The notes: generated by a model not told the origin, from the letters alone. 64,000 bases of DNA from Blastocystis sp. Blastoise (GCA_039096225.1 JBBPEB010000021.1:996145-1060144); one strand, 5' to 3'. Shown: positions 47,401 through 64,000, counted from the first letter of the stretch. Numbers and translations: made by a program.

Positions 47401-48908
47401 AGGAGTAGAAGTAGATGTACCATTAAAATTACGTTGAATTTCATCTCCAGATAGAAATAATAATGTAGCTTCAAATTCATCATTAGTAATAGGTACATTT
47501 TTTGCTTGATGAACTTCAATAGCTATAATAATATCTGTAGAATTACCAATAAAGTAATTATAATTGGCTGAATAAGATTTTAAGATATATACTGGATCTG
47601 ATTGAATTGCATAATCTTGAGGAGATAGATCCGTATTTTGAACATAATGATAAGTTAATAATTTTGAATTTATATAGATAATAATACCTTCTTTTGATTT
47701 AATGGATAATTCTAATAACGTAATGCCAGAAATATCTTTATTGATTCGAATAGTACGTCTATAGTAACGAGTAATAGAAGAAGGAGTAGGAAATCGACCA
47801 CTATAATAATAATTCCAATTTGAATCATCATAAGAATAATAAATCCATTCTTTATAAGGAATAGGAGTAGATGTATATCTCCAAGGGCTACTAGTATCCA
47901 ATATGTAATATGCTATATATAGATATAGAGTAAGATTATTAATATATTCATTGTATACTAATAATTGTATTAATAAGATTTAAAAAAAAATAATTTAATA
48001 AATTAATTAATTATTAAAATTATGGATAGAATAAATATAAATATAAATAATATTATAAATAATAATAAATATAAATAATATAATAAATATAAATAATTTA
48101 ATAAATTAATTAATTATTAAAATTATGGATAGAATAAATATAAATAATATAATAAATAATAATAAATATAAATAATATAAATAAATATAAATAAATATAA
48201 ATAATATAAATAAATATAATAAATATAATAAATATAATAAATATAATAAATATAATAAATATAATAAATATAAATAAATATAAATAATTACGATAAAAAA
48301 AGAAATCTCCATAAGATCCAGTTTTAAGTCTATATCGACTTAATATAGCTTGATGAAGAGAAAGAACTACATAAGAGCCAGTATACCATCCTTCACCTGA
48401 ACTATAAAATTATATATATATACATATATTTATTGGTCAAAAAAAAACAACTAATATTTGATACAAAAAAAATATATATATTGATAATGAATTCATAAGA
48501 TTAGTGTACTTAATCAAAAATATATAAATATAACATAATTCAAACAAAATAAAGTGATATTATAGTAAGCATTAATATATATTTTTTAAAAAATACGTGG
48601 AAATAGCTACAAAAGTATGAAGTGTAGGATGAAGACACATGTCGGAATAAATTATCATATTCTGTTGATTAGTCATACCTATAACATCATAAATAAGAGT
48701 ACCTGTGCCACGAGTCCCTTGATAAATAGATATTCTTTCTCTTTCTGGAAAGATTGTATATATTCTTTCTATTTTTATTTCTACCATACCATCAGAGCAT
48801 TCTCCAGTAACTATAAATAGATAATTTTAAAAAACTATGACTTAGCAATATACCCTGTCGAAACTCGTATAAAAGTATCAAAAGAAATACTGTAATGTAG
48901 TGAAGCAT
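41485..48908 (-). CDS. Giant type I membrane/surface protein of about 2,250 aa with putative Ig (He_PIG-like) repeats, galactose-binding/F5-8-like modules and Cys-rich HRM-like repeats
   Basis: Signal peptide MLHYITVFLLILLYEFRQ (ATG 48908), three 5' introns, then one very large exon. It has six LPxGLxL...TGxIxGxP motifs, AFD...TKW/W.LEGSND modules, five C..WP.T..G...C..G...R.C...W...C repeats, TM FIYIIIGSVIGITVFIIVGYFMY and a short tail. Confidence 0.88.
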
Positions 48909-49665
48909 TTAAACTTAATAGACACCAATTTCTATATGAAGCTTAAACAAATGAGAATGTGTGCTTCTCTAGTTTGGAGAAAAATATATTTCTATGGGAT
49001 TTTTCAAAAGTAATAATAAAAAAGAAAATATTCTCATGAAAATAATTTTTAAGAAATTTGTTTGGTTGTTTTTAAGAATGAAAGAAAAAAGAGAATGATT
49101 CTTGTTATTAACTGAATACGTTTTTAAGCATACTATTCTTCTCAATATTACTTTTTTTAATAAGAAAGAATATATTCGTGAGTATTAGAATCTATGTGAA
49201 TTATTAAAAACATACTTTAAAAAGGTTAAAATATATATACTTTTTCATATATTTCAAATGATCATAATTCTTCTTTTTCTTGACCGAGAACAATATTTTT
49301 ATAAATACTATGGAAATGGACTAGTCTTTCAAATAAACATATATATAAATATATAGTTTCACATGGAAATAATGTTGATAATGTAGTTAATAATGCAAAT
49401 TTTAAAGAAATACATGTGAATAAAGCTATAAACACGTATTATTTAAAAAAAAATATGTCAAATAGGTTAAATAATAAACTATAACATATTCCGAATAAAG
49501 AGTGATTTTTCTTTATTTGTTTACAAATGTGTTTATTGATCTTTAGAATGTTCTTTTTCAAATTCATTTGTATACAAAGAAACAGAAATAATTCCCAAAA
49601 AGAAAATTATTTCTTTTTTTTCATTCTAATTTTAAAAAAAAATAATTGATAGATTGTAAAATAGT

Positions 49666-51501
49666 ATGTTTGAATATATCCAAAAGATTCTTGATGATCC
49701 CACTACTGTATCTGATGCTTATAAATCTGTTATGGATGGTATAATTGAGTTGGATGAATACCTGTCAAAGCATCCTTATGATACACAAATATTAAAGATG
49801 AAATATGATTGTTGTATTATGGTTCGTCGTTATATTGTTGCTCGTGATACAGCTAAGACTCTTGTTGCTATTTCTGGTGATAATTCTGAGTATCACTATA
49901 TGTATGGTCATGCATATATGTATTTAGGTGATTATGAAAATGCTCAATCTATATTACAGAAAGGTGCTCATTTAGATCCTGATAATCAATTAATTGTATC
50001 TACTTTTAAAACATGTAAGAAACTGAATGAAATGAAGAAGAATGCTAACACTGTGTTTGCCAATAAACTCTATGAAGAAGCTATTCAATTATATACAAAT
50101 TTAATAGAGTATAATGGAACACTTTCGTATGATTATTCTTCTGTTGCTTATTCAAACAGAGCTGCGTGCTATTCTAATATGAATAAGTATATAAGTGATT
50201 ATTATTATTTATTTAATATTTGTTTGATCGTTTTAAATATATATTATTATATATTATGATAAATCATTATATATTATTATATATTATTATATATTATTAT
50301 ATATTATTATATATTATTATATATTATTATATATTATTATATAGATATGAAGAAGCATTAAATGACTGCAATATGGCACTTGATATCTATCCATATTTTA
50401 CAAAGGTTTATTTAAGTATCCAATTATTATAATATATATATTTTTTATTAATATATTCTTTTTATTAATATATTCTTTTTATTATATATATTTTTAATTA
50501 TAATCATATTTACTATAATAATATTAATTCTTATCATTATATTATTATTAACATAATATATATTCTATAGGAAAAGCTAGATGTATGGTAAAGTTGAATC
50601 AAACAGGAGCTTCTACTATGTATATGTATTATATATATCTTGGAGGAAATATACATGATATTATGAATGAATATATAAATGTATTAAAATCAGAAAATAT
50701 ATATACTCCTAATGTATGTATTATATATTTTAGTATTTTATTATTAAATTATATTATATTTATATATACTATTCATAAAATAATTTATTTCAAAATCATT
50801 TCTATTCATTTTTATAATCTATTATCATAATAAATATTCTTATTATATATATATATATGTAACTCATGTGAATTCTCTTTCTGAATTAAATCGATTTTTA
50901 CGTCTTCATAAACGTGATTTAGTTATTCTAGACGTCTTTGCTTCGTGGTGTGGACCATGCAAAGTATATATATATATGTTTCTAGTTTTTTCTATTTTTC
51001 CAATTTTTTTTTATTTATTTATTTTTTTTAATATTTATATTTATTTTATAATATATTTTTTATATACTTTTCTATATTCTATTGATTTATTATATATATA
51101 TATATATAGCAACTAGCTCCCGTTTTAGAAGAAATGTCTTGTTATTATAAGAATATATATATAGTAAAGGTAGATGGAGATCAGAATAGAGATATAGCTA
51201 TGAAATATAAAATAGAGGCTTTTCCTACTCTTCTCTTCTTTATTAATGATACTCAAGTATATATATTATTTTTTATTGCATATTTTTTTTATAATTTTAT
51301 TTTTTTTTATAATTTTATTTTTTATTGTATTTTATTATATATATTTTTTTTATAATAATATTTTTTTTATTACAATGTATGCCTATTATGTTTATTATAC
51401 AGGTAGATGTTGTCCAAGGTGCAGATATTAATCGTATAACACAAAATATTGATACTTATGGATATAAACATATTGATATTCTCCCTTCATCTGCTTATTA
51501 A
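49666..51501 (+). CDS. TPR-repeat protein (DNAJC7/TTL-like TPRs) fused to a C-terminal thioredoxin domain, 6 exons
   Basis: TPR motifs AHLDPDN, LYEEAIQLYT, AYSNRAACY, YEEALNDCNMAL and KVYLRKARC; Trx VILDVFASWCGPCK|QLAP...KVDGD...YKIEAFPT...VQGAD. Confidence 0.88.
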
Positions 51502-52018
51502 TATACTTTATATATATAACTATTTTTATTTTTTGTAAACTATTCTTTTGTGTCTTTAAATTGTATTATTGCTTAATATTCTTATTAGGATCGCTTTGTA
51601 TAATACATTATTTTTTATTTTGTTATTTTAAATATAGAAAAAAACTACTAATGCAAACAAATAGATAACTTGTAACTAAAGTAAAATAAAAACACATATA
51701 TAATACAGAAAAAGAAACTACAAGTAAATAAAGCTATAATAGTATTAGTATTTGTTTATACTTTTTTGAATTCGTTAATGAAGATTGTATTAGTATATAA
51801 AATAAGACAAATAAAAAATATAATAAGATAAATAAAAAATATAATAAAAAAACAAAAATTATAATAAAATAAATAAAAATTATAATAAAATAAATAAAAT
51901 TTTTAAAATATGATAAATAAAAATTAATATAAATTTTTAAAATATGAAAAATTAAAATAAATATAAAATAATCAAATAAAAATAAAAACAAATTAACTAA
52001 ATAAATAAAATAAATAGA

Positions 52019-53530
52019 TTATAATGAAGGATGAGTATATACTTCAAATTCATGTACACAAAATTTATTATTTTTATCATTTTTATCTGTATCTGTAAAT
52101 AAAGAAGTTCTATATTCTTTGTTTGTTTCATAAACCGAATCATATTGAAATCCATTAGCATCAATATAACTTGATTCATTCTTATTACAATCTTTTGATA
52201 TGGATATACCCCAAGTGAAACTAGGGAAATCACGATAACTCAGTTTTACAGACATATATCCCTTCTTACGATGATGAAATAAGGTAGGAACAGTATCATG
52301 AGGGTTCTTTAACGTAAATAAACAAGCATCAGGATCATGTATATAACAATCTATAATGTATATACTTATAGTTATATATATATATATTTGAAATATTCAT
52401 ATACTATAACTAATAAAAATGTTCATATTTTATATATATACATATACTAATATCATAATATAAATATATATATAAATATAATTATATATATATACAATCA
52501 TATCGTTTTGAAGTAGCTTTATTAATATCCCATCCCATTTTAGTATACCCTCCAAAAATACATTCTTTTCCTTTAACAGTAATATACTTTATAAACACAA
52601 TCGTAGGACCTTTTCCCTCACAATTCTTATGAAGACATTTAGGATCAAAATCACAAGTAGATCCTCTATATATAATATATAATATATATATTATTATTAT
52701 TATTATTTTTAATATTATTATTCATATTTTGGAACTTAAATTTAAAAAAGATATATAGAATAATTACTTATACATATATATTTAAGATTAAATATGAATA
52801 TAATAAACTTATAATCCTAATGATTATATTTATAAAAAAAAAATATATATATATATATATACCTATAAGAACATTCCCAAGATTGACCATCATAAAACCA
52901 TCCTAATACAGTTTCTATTATTGAGTCGTATTTACCAATACATGTACTATCTTGAAACATAGCTATCTGATTCTTGATTCTTATATTTTTCACAGGATTA
53001 TAATCACATTCAATAAATAATTCATCTAATTGTTTTTCATTACTAACTACAGTCTTCTTAGTTTCTGTTATTTTATTTGATATGACATCAGATTTATTCT
53101 GTGCTTTATAAATATCATTTGTATTGTTTAACAAATCCTGTTTCAATTCATTTATTGTACTGATTACCGTGTGAATATCATATTCAAATTGACTTTTCGA
53201 TTCAATCGTTTGATTTATCATCTCCTCATAATCTTGAGGCACAGGAACATTGTAATAATACATATCAGACAAGAATTCACGAAGCGTATGATCATTCATT
53301 GAAGTCAAAATAGGCTGATCTCCTTTGACAACTCTTAATGCGTTCAATAGATGTCTTTCTGTATAATTTGTATTAATAACATTTGTACCATTATCTTTTT
53401 GATCAAGGTAATTTTTATAGAACAAGGATTCAGGATATTTAGCTATATCAGAAAGAAGTATGGATATTTGTAAGGTTTGCTCTTTTCCACAAAAAGTTAC
53501 TGTTTGATGAACATCCATTTCACTTTCCAT
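52019..53530 (-). CDS. BTB/POZ-like + coiled-coil + TLDc domain protein, 3 exons
   Basis: IAKYPESLF (KCTD-type BTB); TLDc YR|GSTCDFDPKCLHKNCEGKGPTIVFIK...IFGGYTKMGW...DPDACLFTLKNPH...VHEFEVY. Confidence 0.85.
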
Positions 53531-53959
53531 CTACGTTTTACAGAGATCTACATATATATGAATATATATTATATTGACATGTAGAATACCTATTTTTTAA
53601 TGAAAAAAATATTGATACTCTAAGAAAAACGAATAAAAAAATTCAAATGATAAGAAAGAACAATTCGTCATTATTTTTTGAATGTGTTTTTTTATTATTC
53701 AATGTAACAAAATGTAATATTTTTTAAAATATTTTTTTTGTTAATTAAAAGTATATTGAATGTTAGTAGAATATAAAAAAATAACACTACAAAAAATAAG
53801 TAAACAAAATGTATTCTTTTTTGGTAAAAGAAACGAATATAGATTTAGAAACGCAGATCTATATTTAAAAAGATGAAGATGATAAGGAATGACAAATAAT
53901 AATGTAAAAAATGGATTGACAACAATAAATAGTGTTTAATTATGTAAATTATCATGTTT

Positions 53960-57561
<3,602 letters not shown>

Positions 57562-57600
57562 AATCAGTAATTAATTGCTATAAAAATGAATAAAATATTG

Positions 57601-57612
57601 TTTCGCGGCTTT
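57601..57612 (+). promoter_or_regulatory. TTTCGCGGCTTT, E2F/SCB-like motif in the divergent TLDc/MFS promoter
   Basis: Identical to 25104-25115; 40 nt upstream of the TLDc ATG at 57561. Confidence 0.45.
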
Positions 57613-58083
57613 CCTTTTTGGTTCCTTGAAATAATCATAAATAATTTAGGACTAGTAAAAAATTGTTTGTTTTCATTGTATTATGAACCATTTTGATAAA
57701 GGAATACATTTAGTATAGTCTACAGAAGTATGTTGTATAAAATAGTGACAAATTTTAAAGTGAAAAGTAAATTTCAATTCATTTTTTTAAAACGACTTAG
57801 TTATTGTAAGATATATATATATATATATATAATTATTATTTAATGAATAAATATTTTTTTATATAAAATAAAAGAATAAAAAAGAATTATAGTGAAAGAG
57901 TAGTTCATCATTTTAATTGGAAAGAAAAGCTAAAGAAATTAGTTCATCCAATAAAAAGAGCTATCTTGATATAATAATAATGGTTCATTCCAAAAGAAAA
58001 ATCTTGTTCCTTTTTATACATGCTTATTTTTTTTCTTTTAATAAAGATTATTTCATCTATATATATAAAAAAATCTTATTAGA

Positions 58084-59139
58084 ATGTTTGATAAATATTT
58101 TTCTGAGAGATGTAAGGCAATATCAACTGTTATTGGTTGTGTCTTAATTCACCTCATCTTGGGTACATTATATACTTGTGCAAATATTAATCCTTATTTT
58201 ATTTCTTATGTCTATAATGAGACTGGAGAGTATTATAATGTTGCTACAGCTTCTTGGTTGTTCTCTCTCTCTTACATTGGTCTTACTGCATTTATGCCTA
58301 TTGGTGGATTATTAGATAATTGGTTAGGTGCTACTTGGACATTATTATTAGGAAGCTTCTGTATTTTTATTGCTGTCTTTGCAACTTATTATACTTTAAA
58401 ATATTATGTTGCTATTCTTCTTTTATGGGGATTATTATTTGGATTTGGTTGTAGTCTTTGCTATTCTACTTGTATTAATGCAAGTATATATATATATTTT
58501 ATATAAGTAACTATGATTATATGTATAAATTATTATAAGTGATGTTATATTTTTTTTATTATATATAGTGTGTATATAATAATAACAATATAATAATAAT
58601 AATATATATAATATATATAATATATATATAATATATATATAATATATATATAATATAATAATAATATAATAATAATAATATATTTATAGGTCTTCGTTGG
58701 TATCCTAAGAAGAGTGGTTTAATAAGTGGTATTATTGTTATGGGATATGGTTGTGGTGCTCTTCTCTTTAATAATGTTCAAACACTTCTTATTAATCCTA
58801 ATAATATTGCTGCTGTATTCAATGAAACAATTGATGTATATATATATACATATAAATTTTTTTTATATATCCTTATTTATAGTATATATTTATTTATAAA
58901 CATTTATAATAAAATCATATTTTAATAAAAATCTTATAAATAAAATTATTTCTATACTAATTATGATTATATATATATATAGGCTAGAATTTATCCAATA
59001 GAAGTGACAAATAACGTTCCTACTTTAGTTTTAGTTTCTTCTATTTCTTATGGTATACTATTACTTATAGGAGTTATAATGATATTTAAACCTCAAGAAC
59101 AAAAGAAAGAAGAACAAACAGAACAAGAAGTTCTTATTC

Positions 59140-59187
<48 letters not shown>

Positions 59188-60339
59188 AATTGGGAAATTA
59201 TTATTTTTTAAAAATATTTATATATTTATTATAATGTTTATTTATTCTTATTCTATATATATATATATATATAGAGCCTGTAAAAGGTTTAACTCCCATA
59301 AAAGCATTAAGTACAATGAAATTCTGGGAGATATGGTGTACTTTCTTTATAGTTGCTCAAGTAGTTCTTTTTATATCTTCTTATTATAAGGTAATTAATA
59401 GTTTTTTATTAATTTATATTATTCTATTTATTATTAATTCACTTATTATATGTATATAATAATTATAAAATATAGTTTATTGCTATGTCATTCATTACTG
59501 ATGATCAATTTATGGCTCTTATTGGTTCTATTTCATCTCTATTTAATGGATTCTCTAGACCTCTTTGGGGTTATATGGTATATTATATACATCTTTTTAA
59601 TATTTATTATATGTATATATAGATTAATTATAGTTATATATTTAAATATTTATTATATATATAAATATTTATTATATATTCTATATATCTACTATTTATT
59701 CACTTATAGTATAAAAACTACTCTTATTATATCAATTTTATTCTATAGAGTGATCGATTCGGATATAAGATTACTATGTCTATAATATGTTCTATTCTTG
59801 GCTTATTTATTGGTACCGTTACTCTTGTTCCTAGTTTAGGACAATATGTATTCCTTATTTGGGTATATTTTAATCTATACATATTATTCTGTATTATGCA
59901 TATTATATTATTACATTATATATATATATAGATCTGTTTAATTTATTTTGCTATTGGTGGTATTTTTGCTGTTTTCCCAAATATTACATCGTTATCGTTT
60001 GGACGATTATTCTTTAGTACTATTTATGGATTCATTTGTACAAGTGAAGCTGTTGCTGCTGTAATTTTCTCTGTTTCTTCATCATTCTTATTAAATTATC
60101 TTGGATATAGTGGCATGACTTAGTATATATATATATATTATATTTAAAATAAACATATACATATATATATCTATTACTATTCATTTAGTTTAATTGCTGG
60201 ATTATGTGCTGTTAATCTTCTTCTTGTTATATTACCAAAGAAATGGACATACAATCAATTACCAAGTTCTGATGGTATTGTTTCAACCTCAATCAAAGAT
60301 CCTGAAGTACCTGTAACTATTCCTTCAACTGATTCATAA
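58084..60339 (+). CDS. MFS transporter, oxalate:formate antiporter (OFA)-like, paralogue 1, 8 exons
   Basis: GCVLIHLILGTLYT, GGLLDNWLG, FGFGCSLCYS, RWYPKKSGLISGIIVMGYGCGALLFNNVQTLLINPNN and NGFSRPLWGYMSDRFGYK; about 12 hydrophobic segments. Confidence 0.9.
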
Positions 60340-61210
60340 AAATATTATTATAGTTTCTTTTTTTTAAGAAAACATTCATGATCCTATCGTTCTCTACATG
60401 ATTCTTATCCCAGTGTTTATTTCTTCTTCTCATTTTTAACGAATCTACGATCTATCTCATTTTTAAATTATTTTGTTCATCTCTACAATTTCTCTCAATC
60501 ACTCTAGATTAATCAGGTCACTTCCTAGATTTACAGATTTCTTTTTTAACCTTCAGATACTCTTAACTTGCTTATAATTCAACCATTTTGACCATTCCTA
60601 CTTTCTTTATAAAAAAGTTGACCTATAATATTCATTTATATCATTATTATACCGAATTAACTAATCATTTTGCTGATTAGAAACTATTCAAATGAGAAAT
60701 TCTAGGACCATAGAAAAAAAGTTTGTTTCTTTTAAACTGTATTTTTTAAAATATACATTATTTTTTTTATGGTATCTTGGAGAAATTTGCTAAAAAAAGA
60801 CAATTTTTTATTAAATTTTCTGGAAAATAAAGGAAGTTCTGCAGAAAAATTTCCAGAAACCATATAGAGAGAATCTTTATGGAAACAGCATCCGTTGATT
60901 CATCTATGACGCATCTTGTGTCAATACTGTATTTCCAAAGAGATGAAAGCTAGCATATGCATTGGTACTATAAATTGATATATGGGTCCTAATTGATCAA
61001 GTTAAATAGGTTTTTTCAATAGAATGAAAAAAAATATGATCCGCCCAAAATATACACCCATGAGAGGAAAAACCAATCATTATTTGTCTTCTTCACCTCA
61101 TGAAGACATTAAAAGGACCAAATGCTTTTAAAATATAAAAAAAATTCTTTACATATTTATATTTTAAATATAATTATAATATAAACTACTTACAGTAGAA
61201 TAAAGCTCTG

Positions 61211-63664
61211 ATGGTTTCTGAAACTTGTAAAGGTATTTCAACCGTTCTTGGTTGCTTTCTCATTCACATTACTCTTGGTACACTCTATACTTGTGCTAAT
61301 ATCAACGCATATATTATTTCTTACTTGTACAGAAACGAAGATGTTGTAAGTCCTTGATAATTTTATTTTTTAGTGTTCATTGTTCATTATGTTTTGTTTT
61401 ATAGGTAATTCAAAACAATGTCTCTGCTTGGCTTTTCTCTGCTGCCTTCATTGGTCTCGTATATTTTTTTATTTTAATGATTTTATTTTTGTAATTAGTT
61501 ATTTCTCTCTTATTATAGGCTGCTACAAATATGTTAGGAGGACTTCTTGAAAAGAAAATTGGACTTAAAATAACTGTGGCTATTTCTTGCCTTGTTGCTT
61601 CTTGTTCTGTCATTGTCTGTTATTGGTTAGTTCATAATTATTATGCTATCATTGCAGTCTTTGGTTGTTTATTTGGTCTTGGTGCTGGTGTTGCTTATTC
61701 TCCATTATTAGGTGCTGGTATGTTATTATTTTTTTATTATATTATTTTTATATATATGTTTTTATCTAAATTTTATATGTATATAATTTTAAAATATATA
61801 TTATATATATATATATTTGTATATAGGTATTAAATGGTTCCCTAGTCATTCTGGTCTTGTTAGTGGTATTATTGCTATGGGCTTTGGTGCAGGTGCTCTT
61901 ATTTTTAATAATGTTCAAACTTTAATTTTAAATCCTGAAAACCTTCCTGCTGAAAAAATAGAACAATTTAATGTATATATATAGGTTTTTTATTTTTTTT
62001 TTATTATATTATTATATATAATAATCTATATATATAACAAATAAATGATGATCTTTATAGATTAATGTTTATCCTCAATCTGTTTGTGACCGTGTTCCTA
62101 TGATATTCGTGATTCTCGGTTGTACTTACCTTGTTATACAAATCATTGGTCTTCTTCTTATTCATGATCCTAAAGAAATTAACAAAACTCCTGCTATTCA
62201 TACTCCTGTTTCTGATGGTAAAGAAATTACTGCTATGAAGAATAGTATATATATATGTTTATTTTTATATCTTATATTATATATATATTTATATATATTC
62301 TTTATTATTCTCTATATATTATTATATATAATAAATATAGGTATTAAAGAAGGATTAAGTGTTTCTGCTGCTATGAAAACTTGGAAATTCTGGGAAATGT
62401 TTATTTTCTTATTCCTTGTTTGTCAAGTTGTTTTATTTATTTCTTCTTTCTATAAATCTATTGCTCAAAATACTATTACTGATGATCAATTTATTGCTTT
62501 AATTGGTTCTATTTCTTCTCTTTGTAATGGTGTTTTTAGACCTATTTGGGGTACTCTTTATGATTTATTTGGTTATAAGATTATGATGAGTATTGCTTGT
62601 GTTTTACTTGGTGCTTTCATTGGTACTTTAATTCTTGTTCCTAGTTTAGGTCAATATACATATATGTTATGGGTATGTATTATTTATATTGCTACTGGTG
62701 GTGTATATGCTATGCTTCCTTCTTATGTTGGCTATTTATTTGGATCTCTTAATGTATCTTCTATTTATGGTTGGATCTTCTTATCTGAAGGTATATATAT
62801 TATTATATAAATTTTATAATATTTTATAAATAATATATTATTATATATAGTATTGTATAAATTTTATAATATTATATTTATATAGCTTTTTCTGGTTTAT
62901 TTTATGCTTTATGTGCTACTTTATTACTTGGTGCTCTTGGTTATGATGGTTTATCCTAGTATATATATATATATATAATAAATAAAACTATAAAATAAAT
63001 AAAACTATATTTTTATTAATATTATTATCTTTATAGTTGTATTGCTGGTATTATGCTTATCTGTTTACTTTTAGTTTTATTTGGTCAAAAGTGGACTTTT
63101 AGAGATGATCCTAAATTTAAGACCCATCTTCCTTTATCTGCTTCTAAGGTAGTTTTAGATAAACCTGCTACTACTACTGATGCTACTACTACTACTACTA
63201 CTACTGATGCTACTACTACTACTAATAATAATAATGCTACTACTGAAGATACTGAAACTCCTGTTGTTATTGCTGTAGAACGTGCTCCTACTACTATTAC
63301 TATTTCTGCTAATGATAATAAATCATTTGATACTTTATCTATAGCTACTCCTACTGAACGTGCTAATGTTACTACTAATTCTCCTCAAGAAAATAAAGAA
63401 ACAGATGATATGATTCCTAGAAAGAGCTCTATTTCTATTACTGTACAAAAAGCTATTTCTGCTATTATTTCTCTTCCTAAATCATTATCTTCTTCTGTTA
63501 GTAGTTTGAATACCACTGGTAATCCTGATAATAATAAAGTAACTGCTCCTCGTTTTGATTCTGCTGATTCGGATCTATTAACTTCTCTTGCTCCTGAATC
63601 ACCTACTCATCATAATGAACAATCAAATACTATTACTAAGGAAGAAGCCAATAAAAAAGAATAA
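61211..63664 (+). CDS. MFS transporter, OFA-like, paralogue 2 with a Thr/Ser-rich C-terminal tail, 8 exons
   Basis: GCFLIHITLGTLYT, GGLLEKKIG, FGLGAGVAYSP, KWFPSHSGLVSGIIAMGFGAGALIFNNVQTLILNPEN and NGVFRPIWGTLYDLFGYK. Confidence 0.9.
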
Positions 63665-64000
63665 ATAAATAAATATTTATTAATATTCTTCTTTAATAAA
63701 AATTTAAAAAAATAAAAATAGTTTTAATATATATATTCATTACATCTTTCTTTATCTTATATATGTGATCTGAGTTTATACAAATCGAATTTCTTTGTTC
63801 ATTATATGTTTTTAAATATTTATCTATCTATACTCTATTATTATAATTATATATGTTTCTTCTCATTAATATATATTACTTTTTGGAATTTCCTTTTTTT
63901 ATAGTTGATTTATAATTAATATAAAATTTTAATTTTCATATTGGGTCTTGATCTTATTTCAATAATGTATTTGTTTAGTTGTATATTGATCATTATATCA

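Noticed and set aside
48001-48150. Duplicated ~45-bp segment in an intron of the surface-protein gene as a mobile element
   Set aside because: Simple local AT-rich tandem duplication with no terminal repeats, target-site duplication or coding capacity.
60900-60950. SECIS element (ATGA...AAA...TGA)
   Set aside because: Helix geometry is poor and no neighbouring gene has an in-frame TGA.

Overview
Eukaryotic, extremely AT-rich (roughly 20% GC by eye), gene-dense and intron-rich nuclear DNA in the standard genetic code. The best fit is an AT-rich Blastocystis-like stramenopile gut protist. This is an inference from a giant putative-Ig/Cys-repeat surface protein, BTB-TLDc paralogues, a gut-bacterial-type GNAT, TGTTTGTT motifs downstream of genes, and a U12 intron. 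I reconstructed about 20 spliced genes by hand: AN1 zinc finger (partial), a degenerate GT23/FUT8-like protein, CK2alpha, GNAT, SRP14, a small TM protein, long-chain acyl-CoA synthetase, R1R2R3-Myb, an E2, a 2-TM Cys-rich protein, a divergent Tubby protein missed by the ORF track, a decaying NOG1 copy, DDX24/MAK5 with two extra zinc fingers, UTP10, the surface protein, a TPR-thioredoxin, two BTB-TLDc genes and two tandem MFS transporters. The most unusual signals concern splicing: (UA)n tracts at both intron ends that could pair with each other in place of a polypyrimidine tract, a clear AT-AC U12 intron, two introns with no usable AG acceptor, a 5-nt microexon, and heavy intron turnover between tandem paralogues. 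The NOG1 copy also shows CpG-biased decay. No rRNA, tRNA, CRISPR array or transposon was recognisable. Exon boundaries are manual and unverified by transcripts.
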